A DNA stretch of 64,000 bases, taken from contig JAFWDK010000022.1 of NCBI GenBank assembly GCA_017513085.1, positions 68,919 to 132,918 on the forward strand. The letters are read 5' to 3'. The notes beneath the pieces are model-generated. The model ran no database searches and had not been told where the DNA came from. It saw only the letters and a program-made list of their open reading frames with translations. Positions within the stretch are counted from its first letter, which is position 1. Every line of letters starts with the position of its first letter. Below are positions 58,203 through 64,000 of the stretch, one piece after another. Source of the stretch: Clostridiales bacterium (GTDB lineage Bacteria > Bacillota > Clostridia > Saccharofermentanales > Saccharofermentanaceae). A program made the position numbers and the translations under genes.

Positions 58203-58756
58203 ATCGCCACTCCTTCCTTTTCCAGAAAGGTCTTCAGTTGCTTACGTAAGGCAAACAGTTTTTGTGATAACTGGTTCGAAGACATGCCTGCTTTATTTGC
58301 CAGATCGGAAACTGCGTCTCCGAACCAATAGCGGCGTACAAATAGTACCCGATCCTTCTGGGCGAGGCTATCCAGCCAATGATCAATGATCTTGGAAAGC
58401 TCATGCATTTCGATGGCTTTTTCCACATTTTGGGAAGAAGGAACTATTTCAAAAAGTTCGTCCAGGGATTGCATGATACCGAAATTTCTTTTCTTCGCTG
58501 TCCGTTTCCGGAAAACCATCAGTGCCAGTTTTCGGGTGATTCCGCCTAAGAAAGCGCGAAGAGAATTCGGTCTTGTCGGAGGGATCGCATTCCAGGCGGC
58601 AAGCATGGTATCATTGACGCATTCTTCCGAATCTTCATGGCTTTCCAAAAGATTCCAGGCGATAGCATGGCAAAAACTTCCATACTTCTTCTGTGATTCG
58701 GAAATTGCATTCTCATCCCGTGAAAAATATAGTTCAATGATACTCTTGTCTTCCAT
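58199..58756 (-). CDS. ECF RNA polymerase sigma-70 factor (paralog of 15759-16319)
   Basis: KYG.FCH.IA.N.L...DSEECVND...WNAIPP..P..L.AFLG.ITR.LAL; FVRRYWFG. Confidence 0.92.
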   Translation of the reverse strand: MEDKSIIELYFSRDENAISESQKKYGSFCHAIAWNLLESHEDSEECVNDTMLAAWNAIPPTRPNSLRAFLGGITRKLALMVFRKRTAKKRNFGIMQSLDELFEIVPSSQNVEKAIEMHELSKIIDHWLDSLAQKDRVLFVRRYWFGDAVSDLANKAGMSSNQLSQKLFALRKQLKTFLEKEGVAI

Positions 58757-58761
58757 CCCAA

Positions 58762-59250
58762 TCACTCAAGCGTGTAAAAATTCATGTACTGGTTTTCATT
58801 ATACTCTACAAAGAGATGATGCGGGTATTTCTCGCATGTATAGACGGCCATACCTACTTTCAGATCCACTCCGGTGGCAACAAAGTCTTCCTCAGGCAGT
58901 TTTCTTACATCCACATGCTTGATCGTGCCGGCCTTAGTAAACCCATCCGGAAGTTTATCGGAAAAACCTTGGTTGCTATAACGGAAGAGTTTACCGTTAA
59001 GCCAGATCTGTGGAAGCTCGATCTCCACAGCGCCGACTCCGGTCGGAGAATCGACGATGTCAGGTTCTATAGTGTCGTGGGTATACCAGCTGACATTTCC
59101 TTCATCATCAACATCTAAGATCACACCCTTCGCGGTATAATATGTTTCTTCTTTTGCCGAGCATCCTGCGGATAAAAATGTTATTCCGAAAGAGATCGTT
59201 GCAACAGCAACTGTAATATATCGGAGCAAGATTTCATTTCGCTTTTTCAT
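58762..59250 (-). CDS. Hypothetical lipoprotein
   Basis: Signal-like N-terminus with LSAGC; RBS aggagg before ATG 59250; abuts the ECF gene. Confidence 0.65.
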   Translation of the reverse strand: MKKRNEILLRYITVAVATISFGITFLSAGCSAKEETYYTAKGVILDVDDEGNVSWYTHDTIEPDIVDSPTGVGAVEIELPQIWLNGKLFRYSNQGFSDKLPDGFTKAGTIKHVDVRKLPEEDFVATGVDLKVGMAVYTCEKYPHHLFVEYNENQYMNFYTLE

Positions 59251-59618
59251 ATCGGTCCTCCTTCCTAAGACCAAGGCATCGTGGGATGCATTTTATGACA
59301 ATCGTTTTGTTGTTTATGGCCTTCACTATATTAGTTGCATATTTTAGCCGGATATTTGAATCAAAACGAAAAAAGAACTCACTAATCCATATTCATTATA
59401 CTTCTTCATCATGTATTCTCTAGCGGAAAATTGTCCACGAATGTTTGTATATGTTCAGAAAGTGACGTAAGATTTGCGACAAAAAAGTATGAAATGCGAA
59501 AATTTGAAATCTTCTGATACCTTAGACTATCACTATTGTCTTCGGGGGGAATTTGTTGTTTTTTCACGACACGGATTGAGACATGCCTTTTATTGGATAA
59601 TATTGGAGGGATGTAACA

Positions 59619-62600
59619 ATGATGACGAAGACCAGGGGATTTCTGTCTGCATGCGCAGGTATTTTGACTGCCATTATGTTGACGAATATGTTTACTCCGT
59701 TTACGGAAAAATCACTTGCCTATGAAAGTGAAGAGGTGGACACGCCGTTGCTCGCTTCTGCTGCGATGCCGAAAGATGTGGATTCATCCGTCGATATCGA
59801 TCCGAATTTTAAAGTGCCGTATGTTTCGACTTATTATTTTAATCCGAAGCCTACGATCAACGATACGATCAAGATCCCGCTTTATCTCACAGACTATGAG
59901 CAGTCTGAATACTTAAAAAACGATACTTCAGGGAGACTTAATCTTCTTTATGAAGTGGACGGGGTCAAGAAGACCATCAATAGCATTCCTTTGGGTGACT
60001 ACACCTTAACGATAGGGAAACTAAGTGAAGGAATGCATCGGTTAGCGATCCAGGCCGTTGATCCGAAGACTGGTTTGAAATCTCATAAGCTTTATAACGA
60101 ATTATGGGTGGTAAATCCTTCAAAATACAACATTTCTCAATCTCAGACGTATATCATGACCGAAGCGGATCTTAAGACCTATAAGATCAAGAATAACAAT
60201 AGTACAAATGCAAATGACTTGATCAATACAAGAGACGGCCTGACGAAGCTTTTTGCGCAAAAACAGGCAGAAGGATACAGGAAGATCGTTCTTCTCAAGG
60301 GCACATACCGCATCAACGGAGAAGAAGCCCGCAAGAACAGTATCACTATACCTTCCAACTTTACCGTAGATATGAATGGCAGTACTTTCAAAATGGAAAA
60401 GTTCAAAAGTAACGCCAACGGATCGATCGTCTGTATGATGAATGCTGTAGATGCACATCTGATGAATGGCACACTGGAGGGCAACCGCTTCGAAAGGAAG
60501 GCTGATAAACTGGAATCCGGTCCCCTTGGAGAAAGCATTAATACAATCTTTCTTGAGGGAAGTCAGTATTGTTCGGTAACGGGTCTGACGATTCAAAATT
60601 CTACAGGTCACGCTATTCTTACCATGTATTCTCAAGAGCGTGGTGCAAATATTTCAATGACGAATTTTTCCCGTTCACTCATTGTCAATGGAAAGGAAGT
60701 GCCCAACAGTAAATGTAGTACCAGTTCGATGCTGGATATTTCTTCCATATTGAAAGTCGATCCGGAAAACCGGTATATGTATGTCGGACATCCAGGAGGA
60801 TATAAAGGTCAATTGGGAGATTCTCCGGTCATATATGTGTCTTTCTATGATGCCAATCAGAAATTTCTTGAAACCGTAACCGGATTCCAGTTCAGAAAAA
60901 TGCGTATCGTGGATGGCGCAAAATACGCAAGAGTTTCTTTCCTTGGAACGCAGTTTCCATATTCGGAAGCGAAATTCAGTATGCATATATATACTCAGCA
61001 GAATACGGATTATTTTGAAGTCAGCAATGTGCATTTTATCGATACAAGAACAACGGCTCTAGCTCCTACTGCTGTGACAAATATGCTGATCCGTGACTGT
61101 AAGTATACAAGATGCGGAAATAGTATTACTCCTTGCGAAGTTGACTTTGAGGATGGACAGGAGGAGTGCCAGGATCTCTACTACATGAATAATGAAGTGC
61201 TGGAGAGGACCAAAAACAACACATGTACAGTTGTTGATAATATCGGTTATAACCATGTTTACGAAGGAAATATAAACCATAAGATGGAAATAAGAAATCG
61301 TGTAATCGGCGGAGTGATCCGAAACATTAACGATGGATGCTCCCGTGTATACTGGCGGCTGGCCTTCAAAGATCAAGGTGCTTATGGAAGAATCTATAAC
61401 AATAACTGTGGTGCGATCAATTTTTCCGGCGAATTCAGTTCTCCAACCGGCTGTGTCGAATTCCGGGTAAAGAATTGTACGATCTATAATCAAGATCCCA
61501 ATGTCGACATGGACACGAACACGTGGGTAGGAGCGGTTGCGAAGAAGGTCACATATGAAAACTGCAAATTCCCTTGGTTCGCCGGTTCCAATGCGACATT
61601 TGTCAATTGCTCGCTGACGCCGGTCCATGCAATAGGAAATAACCTTTATTTCTATAATTGTACGATTGGAGCAAGTGGTAGTGTCAGCCAATATAACTTA
61701 AGCAACGTGGATAATGTGACCAGAGTGTTTGATAACTGTCATTTTATTGGAAAGACCGAGTTTAAAAACTATGGACTCAAGTCCGCTACATTTACAAAAT
61801 GCACTTTTGACGATCTTGGCATGATCCCATGTGTCGGAAATACTGACGAATTGCTTTTCTTTGATGAATGTACGATCAAGTCTTCCGATGATAAGTTCCT
61901 TGAAGTAGGTGCGTGGACATACTCGATCGGAAATATCCATGTGTTATTCCGAAATTGCAATATCACGCATACCGGTAAAACATTTATTTACATCACCGCA
62001 GCAACGCTGGATGAGAGTCAGATCATCTTTGATAACTGTAAGATCAATAAATCCTCAGGCACACTTCTGTCGGCGTATCCGCATGCGGATAAAGATAAAA
62101 AGCCTGACTGGTCGATCGACATCTATTTCAATAACACCTCGACAGATCCCAATCTGACGATCGATACAAAGAATGTGGATTTTAATATTGTCCATATTTT
62201 CCACGATGTACAGGTAAAACCACCCAAGACGCCGACAAAAACACCTACGAAGACGCCCACTAAGACGCCAACAAAAGCACCAACAAAGACACCAACAAAG
62301 ACACCAACAAAGACACCAACAAAGACACCGTCTGTGACTCCGACCAAAGCGCCGACAGGTGTACCCGGTAAGATCACCCCGACCAAGGCGCCGACAGGTG
62401 TACCCGGTAAAATTACCCCGACCAAGGCGCCGACAGGTGTACCGTCCAAGGTGCCGACGAAGACGCCAAGTGTGACACCGACACGTGCACCGGGAGTGAG
62501 CCCGACAAAGGTTCCGACACGTGTACCGGGCCCGACAAGTATGCCGACTCCAAGACCAACATCGGTGCCGACGAAAATACCGACCCGGGTACCGACAATA

Positions 62601-63770
62601 ACTCCGACTCCGACGCCGGAAGTACCATTTGTAAGAATGCCGGATGTGATCGGCATGAACTACCGTGATGCGAAGAGTCAGATCACCAGAGAATTGAAGA
62701 GCGCCGGATTCAAAACGGTCGAAATCGAATATGAATGGAAACCGTGCACGGATCCGGAAATGAATCTTACTGTTTTGGAGACGGACCCGGAGGCAAATGA
62801 AGTAGTCTATCTGGTTGATACCTCGATCACGGTAAAGATCGTCGTCGCGAAACTTGATTCCGAACCGATGCCGACAAGTACCCCGGTTCCGACTTGGACC
62901 CCGACAAAGGCGCCGACCATGGCCCCGACGGGCGCGCCAACCAGAAAGCCTACACCTACCCAGGCACCTGTTCCGACAGGCGCGCCGGGAACGACAGTTA
63001 CGCCGACACCGACACCGGCTCCGACGATAGGAGATTTCGTCGAAAGACTTTACACGATCGCACTGGACCGTGCATCCGAAGCGGAAGGAAAAGCTTTCTG
63101 GGTCAACGAGATCGAGAGCGGCAACCGTACAGGTGGCGATTGTGCCCACTTCTTCCTGATCGAAGCACCGGAGTTCCTGAACCGCGGATTAGATGATGAA
63201 GATTTTGTCGAGACACTTTATCTGACATTCTTCGACCGTGCGTCGGAGACCGACGGCAAAGCATTCTGGGTAGGCGAACTCAAAGCAGGAAGACTGACCC
63301 GAGAAGATGTCATCAACGGCTTCATCGATTCCACGGAATGGTGCAACGTTTGTGCGACCTATGGAGTCAAATCCGGTGCACCCCATGCGAAAGCAGAGAT
63401 CGCTTCGCAGAATGCGATCGACTTTGCGACCCGTCTGTACACATGCTGCCTCGGAAGAGAAGCGGAAGAAGACGGACTGAAGTACTGGAGTCTGGCACTG
63501 ACAAACCTCGAGCAGACAGGATGCGGCGCGGCCAAGCTGTTCTTCACAGGCGATGAGTTTATCGGACTGAAACTCAACAATGAAGAATACATCATCAGAC
63601 TTTATACGACCTTTATGGATCGTGAACCGGAATATACAGAAGTGGTTTATTGGGCGGGAGAGATCCGGAAAGGCAGACAGACACGTGACAGCGTGCTTGC
63701 ATTCTTCGGAAGCAGCGAAGAGTTCACGGCCATCTGCAAGAAATACGGCATCGATCAGGGCACAATATAG
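59619..63770 (+). CDS. Large secreted protein: right-handed beta-helix region, PT/K-rich linker, PASTA-like domain, DUF4214-type repeats
   Basis: Signal peptide; L.KGTYRI..I.IPSN.TVDMNGSTF and repeated F.NC.I strands; TPTK repeats; VRMPDVIGMNY.DAK; FVERLY module. Confidence 0.8.
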   Translation: MMTKTRGFLSACAGILTAIMLTNMFTPFTEKSLAYESEEVDTPLLASAAMPKDVDSSVDIDPNFKVPYVSTYYFNPKPTINDTIKIPLYLTDYEQSEYLKNDTSGRLNLLYEVDGVKKTINSIPLGDYTLTIGKLSEGMHRLAIQAVDPKTGLKSHKLYNELWVVNPSKYNISQSQTYIMTEADLKTYKIKNNNSTNANDLINTRDGLTKLFAQKQAEGYRKIVLLKGTYRINGEEARKNSITIPSNFTVDMNGSTFKMEKFKSNANGSIVCMMNAVDAHLMNGTLEGNRFERKADKLESGPLGESINTIFLEGSQYCSVTGLTIQNSTGHAILTMYSQERGANISMTNFSRSLIVNGKEVPNSKCSTSSMLDISSILKVDPENRYMYVGHPGGYKGQLGDSPVIYVSFYDANQKFLETVTGFQFRKMRIVDGAKYARVSFLGTQFPYSEAKFSMHIYTQQNTDYFEVSNVHFIDTRTTALAPTAVTNMLIRDCKYTRCGNSITPCEVDFEDGQEECQDLYYMNNEVLERTKNNTCTVVDNIGYNHVYEGNINHKMEIRNRVIGGVIRNINDGCSRVYWRLAFKDQGAYGRIYNNNCGAINFSGEFSSPTGCVEFRVKNCTIYNQDPNVDMDTNTWVGAVAKKVTYENCKFPWFAGSNATFVNCSLTPVHAIGNNLYFYNCTIGASGSVSQYNLSNVDNVTRVFDNCHFIGKTEFKNYGLKSATFTKCTFDDLGMIPCVGNTDELLFFDECTIKSSDDKFLEVGAWTYSIGNIHVLFRNCNITHTGKTFIYITAATLDESQIIFDNCKINKSSGTLLSAYPHADKDKKPDWSIDIYFNNTSTDPNLTIDTKNVDFNIVHIFHDVQVKPPKTPTKTPTKTPTKTPTKAPTKTPTKTPTKTPTKTPSVTPTKAPTGVPGKITPTKAPTGVPGKITPTKAPTGVPSKVPTKTPSVTPTRAPGVSPTKVPTRVPGPTSMPTPRPTSVPTKIPTRVPTITPTPTPEVPFVRMPDVIGMNYRDAKSQITRELKSAGFKTVEIEYEWKPCTDPEMNLTVLETDPEANEVVYLVDTSITVKIVVAKLDSEPMPTSTPVPTWTPTKAPTMAPTGAPTRKPTPTQAPVPTGAPGTTVTPTPTPAPTIGDFVERLYTIALDRASEAEGKAFWVNEIESGNRTGGDCAHFFLIEAPEFLNRGLDDEDFVETLYLTFFDRASETDGKAFWVGELKAGRLTREDVINGFIDSTEWCNVCATYGVKSGAPHAKAEIASQNAIDFATRLYTCCLGREAEEDGLKYWSLALTNLEQTGCGAAKLFFTGDEFIGLKLNNEEYIIRLYTTFMDREPEYTEVVYWAGEIRKGRQTRDSVLAFFGSSEEFTAICKKYGIDQGTI
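62221..62456 (+). repeat. Coding tandem repeats: 12-bp (TPTK) and 39-bp (PTKAPTGVPGKIT) arrays
   Basis: caccaacaaaga x4 perfect at 62278-62325; ccgacc-initiated 39-bp units at 62340, 62379 and 62418. Confidence 0.9.
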
Positions 63771-63772
63771 GG

Positions 63773-64000
63773 CGCAGAACTGTTGGTTCGCAGAACTGTT
63801 TCTTCCTCGCTGGGAACGCAGAACGGTTTCTTCGTCGCTGGTACTCGGCGTGCTACGCGCGCCTGCGTAATCGCTCCTCAGAAACAGTTCTGCTGAGAGA
63901 GGCGGCCGGGAGCGAATCCGTAGCGTGGTTCTCACAGTGATGAGACGCAGGCCGTCGAGTTGGATGGAATCCGTGGGGATACAAGAATAGAGGTATCCGA
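63773..64000 (+). repeat. Palindromic REP/MITE-like element with triplicated left arm plus GGATAC/GTATCC hairpin (copy B)
   Basis: cgcagaac(t/g)gtt at 63773, 63789 and 63817; right arm agaaacagttctgc ending 63893; ggatac..gtatcc at 63977-63998. Confidence 0.78.

Noticed and set aside
53383-59250. Region between the two DUF4214 genes as a prophage or ICE
   Set aside because: No integrase, structural, conjugation or att features; cargo is ordinary (GNAT, GH8, ECF).
63773-63842. Three cgcagaac repeats as a possible CRISPR array
   Set aside because: Periods of 16 and 28 nt, no unique spacers of uniform length and no cas genes.

Overview
Chromosomal segment with no rRNA, tRNA, CRISPR array, integrase or transposase. 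Gene content points to an anaerobic, xylan-using Clostridia-class bacterium (inference). It carries the 3' end of a Cu-type P1B ATPase, two FtsX-type ABC transporters, an OmpR/HK two-component pair and two ECF sigma/anti-sigma pairs. Carbohydrate and metabolic genes are GH115, GH8 (Rex-like), buk-pta, ttdAB and an orphan larB-larC. There is a surface-glycan cluster (Wzx, GT-C-like, GT2, two ATP-grasp enzymes), a FIST-EAL gene coupled to a LacI-type ligand-binding protein, several secreted or lipoprotein peptidases, and three surface proteins sharing a C-terminal DUF4214-type module. Most notable: (1) a lone, full-length phage/plasmid-type primase-helicase that has lost its key catalytic acidic residues; (2) a reused DUF4214 anchor cassette whose 3' flank, including a REP/MITE-like palindrome, is shared by two paralogs; (3) an identical ACTGTCAC-N19-CGTATAAT motif upstream of two unrelated lipoprotein peptidase genes; (4) an internal RBS+ATG in the ATPase gene that could yield a free CopZ-like chaperone; (5) larBC placed directly behind an intrinsic terminator and two unknown small membrane proteins. 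All family assignments come from motif recognition by eye, not database searches.
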